Source: Chthoniobacter sp. (GTDB lineage Bacteria; Verrucomicrobiota; Verrucomicrobiia; Chthoniobacterales; Chthoniobacteraceae). Taken from it: a stretch of DNA of 63,408 nucleotides. Position 1 is the first letter of the stretch; every line of letters begins with the position of its first letter. Location of the stretch: positions 1 through 63,408 of the forward strand of contig JAXDQV010000146.1 in assembly GCA_034667645.1 (NCBI GenBank), given 5' to 3'. The position numbers and the translations under genes were made by a program. The notes under the pieces are model-generated. The model was not told where the DNA came from. It ran no database searches and worked only from the letters and a program-made list of their open reading frames with translations. Shown piece by piece: positions 17,015 through 25,858 of this stretch.

Positions 17015-18049
17015 TCACACCAGTCGCCAACGCCTGCGCCGGACGAGCAGTGCCAGGCTGGCGATCCCCAAGAGCGCGGCAGTCGCCGGCTCCGGCACCG
17101 GCACGAGCACCCCGGCACCCGCCAGGAAACTTTGGTTCGCCGGAAGAAGGAATGATGCCCAGATACTGCGATCTCCGTATTCGGAATCGCCGCCACCGGT
17201 GGCCGCAAAGCCGCCATCGAGCACGCCCACCAGCTTTCCGCCGACGATCAGCGGACCGCCGCTGTCGCCCAGGGCGGTCGTGGCCTCCAGGGCGAGGGCG
17301 GTATTCGAACCGAGACTGTTTCCCTGACCGGAGGGCCCGTCGAAATCGGTCTGGATGGTGAATTGCGAGTTCGGCCGATGGTCGGCCGGCACGCCCACGG
17401 AATCGATGACGTTTTTACCAGCCCGGCGGATGCCGTCGTCCGGATTTCCGGCGAAGGTCAGGCCATTCCCCCAAAGTCCGTAGCCGACCATCGTTCCGAT
17501 CTGGCCCACCGGATTGGCAAAGGAGAGGCCCATCGGCGTGGGGAGCGTGCCGGTGAAAAAATCGAAGGTCATCACCGCCAGATCGTATTGATCAGCGCCC
17601 TTGGCGAGGCTGCCGTCGCCGTTCGTATAAAAGCTATGGACCGCCACATCGAAACTATCCACGAAGGCGGTGCCCGTGGCGGTGCCGCCGTTGGGTCCCG
17701 TGTTGTCGCCGAAGTAGATGATGAAAGAGTTCGCATCGATGACGCCATCGGGCCCGGAACTGCCACCCGGGCCCTCGTCATCCACGACGTGCGCGGCGGT
17801 CAGAAACTTGAACTGTCCTGGAACGGCGGACTCCACCAGCGTGCCGGAGCTGGTATAGCCAAAACCACCGATATTGAAATGGATGTAACCCACGGCATCG
17901 TAAAGCGCGCCCTCGGCGACGTAGGGGTTCGTGCTGTCTGTGGCGCTCCATGCCGTATCGTGACGCATGGAAATGCCCTGCGCGGCCTGGCTCGCCGCGA
18001 GCAGGGCGATGACGAAGCCGGTCAATACCGGCCGGTGACCGGAGATCAC
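17015..18049 (-). CDS. trypsin-like (S1) serine protease with PEP-CTERM anchor
   Basis: TAAHVVDD (His), GDSGGPLIVG (Ser). C-terminus PVPEPATAALLGIASLALLVRRRRW. GTG start followed by a signal-peptide-like sequence. Confidence 0.8.
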   Translation of the reverse strand: MISGHRPVLTGFVIALLAASQAAQGISMRHDTAWSATDSTNPYVAEGALYDAVGYIHFNIGGFGYTSSGTLVESAVPGQFKFLTAAHVVDDEGPGGSSGPDGVIDANSFIIYFGDNTGPNGGTATGTAFVDSFDVAVHSFYTNGDGSLAKGADQYDLAVMTFDFFTGTLPTPMGLSFANPVGQIGTMVGYGLWGNGLTFAGNPDDGIRRAGKNVIDSVGVPADHRPNSQFTIQTDFDGPSGQGNSLGSNTALALEATTALGDSGGPLIVGGKLVGVLDGGFAATGGGDSEYGDRSIWASFLLPANQSFLAGAGVLVPVPEPATAALLGIASLALLVRRRRWRLV

Positions 18050-18284
18050 TGACGGTGGGTTCCCATAAAAAGCAGTTCGACCGAACTTCGATGAGACTGG
18101 GTGCCAACAGCGGGCCCGGCGAGGCGAAAGTTATCGTTCTGGCAAGGCTTACAAACGCGGCCCGCTAAAGCATCTGTCGAAAGGAGTTTCCGGCTTTTCA
18201 AGCCGCCTGCTCCGCCATTTAACCTATCAAACTTTCTTCATCAGCTTACGAGACACCTTTCATCTGGGTCAGGTGGTCCTTCCG

Positions 18285-18914
18285 CTATTTCTTCGGCGCA
18301 GGGCCGACGTATTTCAGCACCATCGAGCCCGGAGAACTGCTCATTGCGCTGTCCTGCGTCATGGTCATCTGGCTTACATCCACGCGGAAGGTTAAGAATC
18401 TCTTCTCAGCAGGGCGAGCGCCCTTTAGCTCCAGCTTCACGATGTCCGGCGCTTCGAGGGAATAGGACCAGCCGGGATCAGCGAGGTGAGCGCCTACCGC
18501 TTTCATATTGCCGCTGCGGAGAAAGTTAATCGACACGTTGTCTTTGCCCTCCCTTACCCACCTTGTGTTCTCAATGAGCTTTCTCAGGTCAGTTTTGTCC
18601 CCGGTGCTCGAAACGGATGAACTAGCATCCACCGGAGCGCCTGCGTTGGCGACCGCAGCGGGCCCGCCCACCGCGTGCAGTTGCGCCTGGATCGTCTTGG
18701 CCAGATCGAGCTCCGCGTCCTGCGTGGCGCGCTTGAAGAGTTTCTCGAGCGTCTCCTTGTAGCGGCGGTTGATGGGTTCCATCGCCACCGCCGCGGCCTT
18801 CTCGCGCTCGGCACGCGCCAGATTGAAGTCGCGCTCATTGACGGTCTCCGCGCGAAGGGCGGGAGCGAGCAATGCGACGGCGAAGGAAACGGTGAGGAGG
18901 AGGTGTGTTTTCAT
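18285..18914 (-). CDS. secreted hypothetical protein
   Basis: MKTHLLLTVSFAVALLAPALRAE leader from the internal ATG at 18912..18914. No recognised domain. Confidence 0.55.
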   Translation of the reverse strand: MKTHLLLTVSFAVALLAPALRAETVNERDFNLARAEREKAAAVAMEPINRRYKETLEKLFKRATQDAELDLAKTIQAQLHAVGGPAAVANAGAPVDASSSVSSTGDKTDLRKLIENTRWVREGKDNVSINFLRSGNMKAVGAHLADPGWSYSLEAPDIVKLELKGARPAEKRFLTFRVDVSQMTMTQDSAMSSSPGSMVLKYVGPAPKK

Positions 18915-19026
18915 GGGGAGTGCGAGTCGGGCGTGCGTGCTTATATTCATTTTGCCAGGATCGGCGAAGGAAAGAACAAGGACGCGGCCATTTGCTGAAA
19001 GACGCCGACGGGACCGCTGAAACCCC

Positions 19027-19146
19027 AACGGAAATCACCGCCGCTAAGCGATCACCCTTAATCACACAAACGGAAAGCGGCAGCCTGTGAAAGGGCTGCC
19101 GCTTTTCTTTGATCAGAGATTGATAAATCAGAGTTTTTTTCGGTTC
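19027..19146 (+). repeat. about 120-nt duplicate of 15398..15514 (gene 3' end, terminator hairpin and downstream flank)
   Basis: AACGGAAATCA[T/C]CGCCGCTAAGCGA..., identical hairpin AAAGCGGCAGCC/GGCTGCCGCTTT at 19074..19105, then ...GATTGA[A/T]AAATCA.GAGTT..CGGTTC. No intact upstream gene on this strand. Confidence 0.75.
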
Positions 19147-19206
19147 TACTGCGCTCAGGATGACCACGCGGTCCGGGCGGATTTGAACCTGTGGACGAAC
19201 CTCGCG

Positions 19207-20367
19207 CTAGGCCGCCAGCGTCATTTGCCGCAGCTTGGCGATCACGCGCGGCAGGATCTCAATCGCTTTTTCCACTTCGTCCTTCGTGTTGAAGCGGCTG
19301 AAGGAAAAACGGAGCGAACTCCGGGCCCGCTCCGCACTGAAGCCCATCGCGCGCAAAACATGCGACGGGTGAATGGAGCCGGTGGTGCAGGCGGAACCGG
19401 CGGAGCAGCAGATGCCCGCTTTATCGAGCAGCATCAGCACGCCTTCGCTCTCGATGCCGTCGAACGCGATGCTCGTGGTATTCGGCAGACGGTGGACCGC
19501 GTCGCCGTTGAGCTGGGTGTCGGCGATTTTTTCGAGCACGGCTTTTTCAAAATCATCCCGCAATCCGCGCACGAATGTGTTCTCGTGCTCCATGGTTTCG
19601 CCCGCGAGTTCCGCGGCTTTGCCGAGCGCGACGATGCTTGCGACGTTCTCCGTGCCGGCGCGTTTGCCGTGCTCCTGGCCGCCGCCGATGAGATACGGAT
19701 TGAAGCGCGTGCGACGGCTCACAAAAAGCACGCCGACGCCTTTCGGGCAGTGGAGCTTGTGGCCGGAGACGCTCAGGAAATTGATGTGTGAGTGCCCGAG
19801 GTTGATCGGGATTTTGCCGACGGCCTGCACCGCATCCGTGTGAAAGAGTGTTTTCTTTTTGTGCACGATCGCGGCGATTTCCTCGATCGGAAAAAGCACG
19901 CCGGTTTCGTTGTTGGCCCACATCGTGGAGACGATGGCGGTATCGGGCCGGATCGCCCGCTCGAGCTCGCCGAGATCGATCTGGCCCCGCTCATCGACGC
20001 CGAGCCACGTCACTTCATGGCCGCGTTTTGCGAGCCATTCGCAGTGTTTGATAATCGCACTGTGCTCGACGCGGGTGGTGACAATGTGCTGGCGATCGCG
20101 ATCGAGCGAGAGCGCGGAGGTGATCGCGGCGTTGTTCGACTCGGTCCCGCAACTGGTGAAAATAATCTCGCGTGGCTCGCAGCCGAGCAACGCCGCGACA
20201 CGCTCGCGCGCCGTCTCCACGGCCTTCGCCACCTGCGACCCGAAGGTGTAGGCGCTCGATGGATTCCCGTAGAGCTCGGTCAGAAACGGCAGCATTTCCG
20301 TCACGACGGCGGGATCGACTGCGGTCGTGGCGTTGTTGTCGAAATAAATGACCGGCTCCGTTTTCAT
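19207..20367 (-). CDS. nifS: cysteine desulfurase (NifS/IscS class)
   Basis: YFDNNATT..., PLP-lysine region SGHKLHCPKGVG, active-site loop CSAGSACTTGS. Confidence 0.9.
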   Translation of the reverse strand: MKTEPVIYFDNNATTAVDPAVVTEMLPFLTELYGNPSSAYTFGSQVAKAVETARERVAALLGCEPREIIFTSCGTESNNAAITSALSLDRDRQHIVTTRVEHSAIIKHCEWLAKRGHEVTWLGVDERGQIDLGELERAIRPDTAIVSTMWANNETGVLFPIEEIAAIVHKKKTLFHTDAVQAVGKIPINLGHSHINFLSVSGHKLHCPKGVGVLFVSRRTRFNPYLIGGGQEHGKRAGTENVASIVALGKAAELAGETMEHENTFVRGLRDDFEKAVLEKIADTQLNGDAVHRLPNTTSIAFDGIESEGVLMLLDKAGICCSAGSACTTGSIHPSHVLRAMGFSAERARSSLRFSFSRFNTKDEVEKAIEILPRVIAKLRQMTLAA

Positions 20368-20440
20368 CGAAAGGCCGCGGAGCTTATCGCATCTCCCCGG
20401 ACCGCGCCACTGCGTTTGCAAGCGTTGCGCAAAGGCGAGC

Positions 20441-20577
20441 ATCGCGCAGAGGCGCAGAGATCGCAGAGGGGAAGATATGGAATAAGGAGTCAGCGTTTCG
20501 AGCGATCACGCGGCTGGCCCCATGCGCTTCACAGACGATGCCAAATGATCTCTGCAACCGCTGCGCCTCTGCGCGAT
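20441..20577. repeat. perfect 17-bp inverted repeats enclosing 103 bp with no ORF
   Basis: ATCGCGCAGAGGCGCAG (20441..20457) and CTGCGCCTCTGCGCGAT (20561..20577). Sequence related to the inverted repeats flanking the GxxExxY gene. Confidence 0.8.
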
Positions 20578-20579
20578 GC

Positions 20580-22067
20580 CTATTCCGCCACGCCTGCCAT
20601 CGCGCGCATCAATGTTTCCTCGGAAAAATCGCCGCGCGCGATTTCCCGCTCGAGCCGTCCATCGCGCATCACGAGAATGCGCCGGCTCAGGTTCATCACT
20701 TCCGGCAATTCCGAGGAGATCACGACGATGGCTTTGCCCTCGCACGCGAGTTCATCCAACAGCTCGTGAATCTCGGCCTTGGCCCCCACATCCACGCCGC
20801 GCGTCGGCTCGTCCACGATCAGCACATCGCACTCGCGCACCAGCCACTTCGCCAGCGCGATTTTTTGCTGGTTGCCGCCGCTCAGGCCGGCGATCGGGCC
20901 TTCCATGGACGGAGTTTTCACCCGCAGACGGTCGGCATAACGGCGCACGAGCCGCGCCTCGGTTCCCATCTGCACGAAGCCGATCCGCGTGAGTTTTTTT
21001 AATGCGGCGAGCGAAGTATTTTCCCGGCATTTCATCGTGAGCACGAGACCGAGCCGCTTGCGATCCTCTGGCAAAAGACCGACTCCCGCGCGCAGTGCGG
21101 CTTCAACGGAGCCGGTCGGCAGCTTTTTTCCATGGACGAAAACATCGCCGCGCGCCTCCGGGTCGAGCCCGAAAACAGCCTGCGCGATTTCACTGCGTCC
21201 CGCGCCGACCAGGCCGGCAAAACCAACGATCTCGCCTGCGCGGACGCTAAAGTTGACATCGGAAAACTTCCCGGGTGACGAGAGGTTTTGCACGCGCAGC
21301 AATTCCGCTCCGGGGTCCTTGGCAAGATGTTGCACCGTGTATTGCTGGACCGCGCGCCCGACCATTTGTTGCACGACGCGATCGGGGGAAGTGGCCGCGA
21401 TCTCCTCGGTCGCGACGTGCCGTCCATCGCGCAGCACCGTGATGCGGTCGCAAAGCAGAAACAGCTCCTCCATTCGGTGCGAGACGTAAATGAGCGTCAG
21501 GCCCTGCTGTTTCAGTTGTTTAACGAGCTGAAACAAATGTGCGGTCTCCCCGGCGGAGAGCGAGCTTGTCGGCTCGTCCATGACGATGATGCGCGCCCCA
21601 GTTCCCAGGGCGGCCGCGATCTGGACGAGCTGCTCGCGGCCGGTGCTGAGCGCGGAGATGGGAGTGTCCACATCAATGTCCGCCTCGATGACCGCGAGCA
21701 TCGCGCGGGCTTTGTCGCGCATCGCGGCGCGATCCACGAAACCCGCGCGGCGCGGCAGCTCGCCGAGACAAAGATTCTCGGCGACCGACAGGTTCGGGCA
21801 GAAGGCGAGCTCCTGGTGCACCATCGCAATGCCGAGCTGCCGCGCCTGCAGCGGGTTTGCCGGCGCAATCGGTTTTCCTTCGCACAGAATCTGGCCTCCG
21901 TCGGCCACATGCACCCCGGCCAGGATTTTGCCGAGCGTGCTTTTACCGGCGCCGTTTTCCCCAATCAGGGCGTGGCAATGCCCGCGCTCGATTTCGAAGC
22001 TCACGTCATCCAGCGCGAGCACGCCGGGAAAACATTTGGTGAGATTTTTGAATTCCAGAAATGGCAT
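20580..22067 (-). CDS. sugar ABC transporter ATP-binding protein (duplicated ATPase, RbsA/MglA-like)
   Basis: Two nucleotide-binding domains: GENGAGKST / LSTGREQ and GLVGAGRSE / LSGGNQQK. Confidence 0.9.
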   Translation of the reverse strand: MPFLEFKNLTKCFPGVLALDDVSFEIERGHCHALIGENGAGKSTLGKILAGVHVADGGQILCEGKPIAPANPLQARQLGIAMVHQELAFCPNLSVAENLCLGELPRRAGFVDRAAMRDKARAMLAVIEADIDVDTPISALSTGREQLVQIAAALGTGARIIVMDEPTSSLSAGETAHLFQLVKQLKQQGLTLIYVSHRMEELFLLCDRITVLRDGRHVATEEIAATSPDRVVQQMVGRAVQQYTVQHLAKDPGAELLRVQNLSSPGKFSDVNFSVRAGEIVGFAGLVGAGRSEIAQAVFGLDPEARGDVFVHGKKLPTGSVEAALRAGVGLLPEDRKRLGLVLTMKCRENTSLAALKKLTRIGFVQMGTEARLVRRYADRLRVKTPSMEGPIAGLSGGNQQKIALAKWLVRECDVLIVDEPTRGVDVGAKAEIHELLDELACEGKAIVVISSELPEVMNLSRRILVMRDGRLEREIARGDFSEETLMRAMAGVAE

Positions 22068-22076
22068 CACGCAGAG

Positions 22077-22539
22077 GCGCAAAGGCGCAAAGGTTTTAGG
22101 AGTGCATATCCGGCGTGGGTTGCGAATCGGGAAGACCGTTTACGACCCGTGCAATTCCGTCTTTAATGCGAGGAAGGCCAAAGTTGAGGACGAGTCCGAG
22201 TCGTTTTCCGGTGAGACGAAGCTGGGTGAGTAATTGCTTCTTGTGGACAGCGTGGTTTTCTTCCACGGACTTTATCTCAACGATCACGCTTTCTTCCACC
22301 ATGAGATCGGCACGGAAGCCGACTTCGAAGCGCAATCCGCGATATTGAATCGGAATTGCAACCTGCCGCTCCACTCGCAGCCCGCGCGACTGCAACTCAT
22401 GCGTGAGCACCACCTCGTAAACCGATTCGAGCAGTCCCGGCCCCAGCTCCGTATGAATCTGATAAGCCGAATCCACGATGATTGCTGCCAACTCGTTTTC
22501 GCTCCTTTGCATTTCCTTCGCGACTTTGCGCCTTTGCGC
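22077..22539 (-). mobile_element. inverted-repeat-bounded module carrying a GxxExxY gene, inserted inside the ABC-transporter operon
   Basis: Perfect 16-bp inverted repeats GCGCAAAGGCGCAAAG (22077..22092) and CTTTGCGCCTTTGCGC (22524..22539) bracket the ORF exactly. Confidence 0.6.
22096..22512 (-). CDS. GxxExxY family protein (PD-(D/E)XK nuclease fold)
   Basis: IVDSAYQIHTELGPGLLESVYEVVLTHEL...EIKSVE...QLLTQLRLTGKRLGLVLNFG is the family signature. The internal ATG at 22510..22512 lies inside the inverted repeats. Confidence 0.85.
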   Translation of the reverse strand: MQRSENELAAIIVDSAYQIHTELGPGLLESVYEVVLTHELQSRGLRVERQVAIPIQYRGLRFEVGFRADLMVEESVIVEIKSVEENHAVHKKQLLTQLRLTGKRLGLVLNFGLPRIKDGIARVVNGLPDSQPTPDMHS

Positions 22540-22547
22540 GAGGGTCA

Positions 22548-23504
22548 CTACTTCGGCAGCCATTTCTCCCAGTTTTTCGCAAACTCATCGACGTTCTCTT
22601 TCGTCACCGGCACGAGGGCGCTCACGTCCACCACGGCGTCGGGATTTTTGTGCAACGATACTTTGTTAAACAAGTGCTCAACCGAGCGATGGCCCCACTC
22701 GTAGCACTGTTGCGCGAGCAACAATTGCACGTGGCCGCTGCGCAGATACTTCAGCTCCGCCGGCAGCGCGTCCACCGAGACGCACTTGATCGTGCCGGGC
22801 TGCCACTTCAGCGCGTTTTCGGTAAACAGCGGCCAGCCGCCGATGAATGCCCAGCCGGTGATGTCGGGATTCGATTGCATGACCTGCTCGACTTTCGCCG
22901 CCGCGTCCTGCGGCGTTTCCTTGTGGTAATAAGTCTCCTTGATCGTGATGCCGGGAAATTTCTTCGCCACATTGCGCACGCCTTCCACCCGCTTTTGCAG
23001 GTTCGGCGCGTTTTGGTTTCCCGCTAAAATCGCGACCACGCCTTTGCCCTCCATCGTTTTCGCGAGTTCCTCCATCACCTGCTCGCCGCACTTGATGTCG
23101 TCCACGCCGTAGGTGACGAAGCGTTTGCTCTTCGGCGCGTCGGAATCGAACGTCGCGACCGGCACGCCATTATCCGCCGCCGAGTTGATCGCGTCGGTGA
23201 GTTTGTTCGCGTCCGAGCAGCTCACGGCAATTCCATCCACGCCCGCGAGCATGAGCTGCTCGATGGCTTCCGCCTGCTTTTGCGCGTCCTCCTCGTTGGG
23301 CGTGCGCCAGTCGATTTTGATCGCGACGCTGTTTTTCGCGCTGAGTTCCTTGGCGGCATCTTCCGCGCCGACACGTGCGGCCTGAAATACCGGATTGCTC
23401 TGCGACTTCGCGACGAGGCCAAACGTGAGCGATTTTTTGTCTTCGCCGCGCGCGGTGAAAACGGTGAGGGTGAGGAGGAGGATTAGTTTTTTCATGAGAT
23501 TCAT
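22548..23504 (-). CDS. sugar ABC transporter periplasmic substrate-binding protein
   Basis: Signal peptide, then the periplasmic-binding-protein type I pattern (FGLVAKSQSNPVFQAARVGAEDAAKEL...). Confidence 0.85.
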   Translation of the reverse strand: MNLMKKLILLLTLTVFTARGEDKKSLTFGLVAKSQSNPVFQAARVGAEDAAKELSAKNSVAIKIDWRTPNEEDAQKQAEAIEQLMLAGVDGIAVSCSDANKLTDAINSAADNGVPVATFDSDAPKSKRFVTYGVDDIKCGEQVMEELAKTMEGKGVVAILAGNQNAPNLQKRVEGVRNVAKKFPGITIKETYYHKETPQDAAAKVEQVMQSNPDITGWAFIGGWPLFTENALKWQPGTIKCVSVDALPAELKYLRSGHVQLLLAQQCYEWGHRSVEHLFNKVSLHKNPDAVVDVSALVPVTKENVDEFAKNWEKWLPK

Positions 23505-24613
23505 TTGCGGCCCGCGCGGGCAGCCAGTCGGCGCTGCGCGAGCCAGTTGTTGAGTTGGTCGAGCACGACCGCGAGGATCACGACCGTGCCGATGAGGATT
23601 TGGGAGTAGTTTTGGTCAATGCCGAGAATGACGATGCCGCTGCTGATCATCTGGATCAAAAGCGCGCCCAGCACGGCGCCGAACGCGGTGCCGCGTCCGC
23701 CGGACAAGCTCGCGCCTCCGACGACCGAGGCAGCGATCACGTTCAACTCGTAGCCCTGGCCGTCGCCCGAAGTCGCGGCGCCGTAGTAACCGAGAGCGAT
23801 GAGCGCCGCGATGCCTGCGGTGAGGCCGGAGCAAACATAGACGCCGAGTTTTACCCGGTTGACCTGGATGCCGCTGAAACGGCTCGCCAGTTCGTTGCCG
23901 CCGATCGCGTAAACCCGGCGGCCGGCAGCCATGCGAGCGAGGAAAACGCTGCCGGCGATGGCGACGACCACCATTACCGCGAGCGGAACGACACTCAAGC
24001 CGCCGCTGGTTTCGTAACGCACGATCTCGCGCAGATGCGGAGGAAAACCGCCGACGGACTGACCGTGCGTCACCACAAACGCGACGCCGCGAAAGACCGC
24101 CATCGTGCCGAGCGTGATGATGAAAGGATGAACCCCCAGCGCGACAATCATCGCGCCATTGGCCAGGCCGCAGGCGGTCGCCGCGCCGAGACAGGCGAGC
24201 ACGCCGGGCCAGATGCTTCCATTTTCAAACGCGTGAAAAGCCATTGCGCCCAGCACCGAAGCGAGCGCGTAAATCGCGCCGACCGAAAGGTCGATGCCGC
24301 CGGCGATGATCACAAACGTGATCCCGACCGCCATGATCGCGATGAAGCTGGTGTCTTTCGCGAGCTGCGCGAGATTTTGCGCGTTCAGGAATTTGTTTTT
24401 CTCGATCACCGCCGCGGTTCTCTCGCCGGCTGCATCGGTCACAAAAACGCGATGCCGCTGACCATCGGCGCCCACCTCAAAGCGCGGCGTCTTGACCGTG
24501 CCGCCAAAGATCGAAAGCAGCGTGCCGATCACCAAAATCGCGAGCAGCAAGCCGCCTTCCTGCAGACGCAGTTGGCGCTTCGGTTCGGGGGAAATCTGCG
24601 CGGGAGGCGACAC
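23501..24613 (-). CDS. sugar ABC transporter permease (RbsC/branched-type)
   Basis: Multi-TM protein with ...GGIDLSVGAIYALASV... motif. GTG start. Stop overlaps the substrate-binding-protein start (ATGA). Confidence 0.9.
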   Translation of the reverse strand: MSPPAQISPEPKRQLRLQEGGLLLAILVIGTLLSIFGGTVKTPRFEVGADGQRHRVFVTDAAGERTAAVIEKNKFLNAQNLAQLAKDTSFIAIMAVGITFVIIAGGIDLSVGAIYALASVLGAMAFHAFENGSIWPGVLACLGAATACGLANGAMIVALGVHPFIITLGTMAVFRGVAFVVTHGQSVGGFPPHLREIVRYETSGGLSVVPLAVMVVVAIAGSVFLARMAAGRRVYAIGGNELASRFSGIQVNRVKLGVYVCSGLTAGIAALIALGYYGAATSGDGQGYELNVIAASVVGGASLSGGRGTAFGAVLGALLIQMISSGIVILGIDQNYSQILIGTVVILAVVLDQLNNWLAQRRLAARAGRK

Positions 24614-24690
24614 GGGGGAGCGCGAAAATTACCGGCACGCGGCAGGCGCGGCGATCAGAAAATGCGCGGCACGCCGCGTCCGTCCCGCCG

Positions 24691-25387
24691 TCATCGCGCC
24701 GTCATCGCATAGATATACATGTTGAGGATGAGCTTCATGCAGCCGGGAGCCCGCAGCGGCGTCTGCGGCCAGCCGCATTGCAGGCCATACATGCTGATGA
24801 TCGAGACCATGTGGTCGTTCACGAAGACGCCATATAACCCGTAGTTTGCGCACCTTTCCTGATTCCCCATGTCCTTGGTGTAAATGTCGGCCCGGCTTAC
24901 CTTAAAAAAAGCAGGTGTAGATGCCATGTGTCTCCGGCAGCTTTCGAAACTCGGCCTCCGGAAACATGCGCTGAAAAATAGCGCAGTTCGCGCGCAGGCA
25001 GACCTCCATGTCCGGATTGACTCCCGGGGTTGCGCAGGCGTCCACGCAGAGGAAGCCGCCACGGCGCAGATACTCGCCGATGTTGGCCAGCCGCGCCGGG
25101 TCGGTCACCCATCGGAGATCCTTCGCATAGATGAAAGGGTAGCCGCACATCTGATCGAGGTGTGCCGGATCAGCCGGTTGGGGCGACATCCGGAGATCGA
25201 GACTCGTCTTTTCCCGGATAAATTGGGCCAGCGGGGCATCACGATCACGATGGACTTGCCAATCCCTGTCTGGCGTGAGCAATCGCGCGAGGTCAACCCG
25301 TTCCGCCTTATGCTGACTCTGCGCATTGGATGGCGATGTAGGCAACCAGATCACCACGACCGCGAGGAAGGCTGATCGATGATCCAT
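24691..25387 (-). pseudogene. DUF4159-like gene split by a 1-nt frameshift in an A7/T7 homopolymer
   Basis: The 24902..25417 ORF ends ...THGIYTCFF* in the T-run (24904..24910). Reading continues in the 24691.. frame as FFKVSRADIYTKDMGNQ...LILNMYIYAMT. Confidence 0.6.
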
Positions 25388-25405
25388 GGGATAACTCCTG
25401 CCGGT

Positions 25406-25425
25406 CCTGACATTCAACAGTCAGG
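25406..25425. repeat. degenerate third copy of the CTGTTGACAATCAACAG-type palindrome
   Basis: CCTGACATTCAACAGTCAGG (6-bp arms) aligns to CCTGTTGACAATCAACAGTTAGG of 16651..16673. Confidence 0.45.
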
Positions 25426-25426
25426 C

Positions 25427-25461
25427 CTCTGTTCCTGTTCACGGCGGCTCATCTTCAGAAA
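25427..25461 (-). repeat. intergenic module copy A (first half only)
   Basis: Minus strand reads TTTCTGAAGATGAGCCGCCGTGAACAGGAACAGAG, starting 4 nt after the stop of the 25466.. ORF. Confidence 0.8.
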
Positions 25462-25465
25462 TGGC

Positions 25466-25759
25466 TCATAAGGAATCTCCGAGGCTGAGTGCAAAGTAGA
25501 GTCCAAAGTAAAGCACACTCCATCCCATAGCGGGAAGATAGGCTACTACCATGAGAGTCCTCCAAAGGCGATTGACAGGCAAAAAGAGCAAAGGAACAGC
25601 CCCGAAGAGGGTGGAAATTGCCAGCGCGCTAAAGGCGAGCGGAGAATTGCCATACCAGCGAGTATGGAAAACCGCAGTGATAAACAGCCCGAAGGCAAGG
25701 TAGGGGATCAATGCTGCCCACAATAGCAGCAAAATGGTGGGGATTTCTCTCGTTCTCAT
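25466..25759 (-). CDS. small polytopic membrane protein, unknown function
   Basis: MRTREIPTILLLLWAALIPYLAFGLFITAVF... has three or four hydrophobic helices. ATG directly follows module copy B. Confidence 0.5.
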   Translation of the reverse strand: MRTREIPTILLLLWAALIPYLAFGLFITAVFHTRWYGNSPLAFSALAISTLFGAVPLLFLPVNRLWRTLMVVAYLPAMGWSVLYFGLYFALSLGDSL

Positions 25760-25829
25760 GCTCTTCCAGTTTGGGAGCGTTCTGTTTGTCCTAGAACTCT
25801 GTTCCTGTTCAGGGCGATGTGCTTCCAAG
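25760..25829 (-). repeat. intergenic module copy B (degenerate first half, full second half)
   Basis: Minus strand reads ...CGCCCTGAACAGGAACAGAGTTCTAGGACAAACAGAACGCTCCCAAACTGGAAGAGC, followed by ATG. Confidence 0.8.
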
Positions 25830-25858
25830 CCGCCGGGGGTTTGGAAATGAGAACATAA

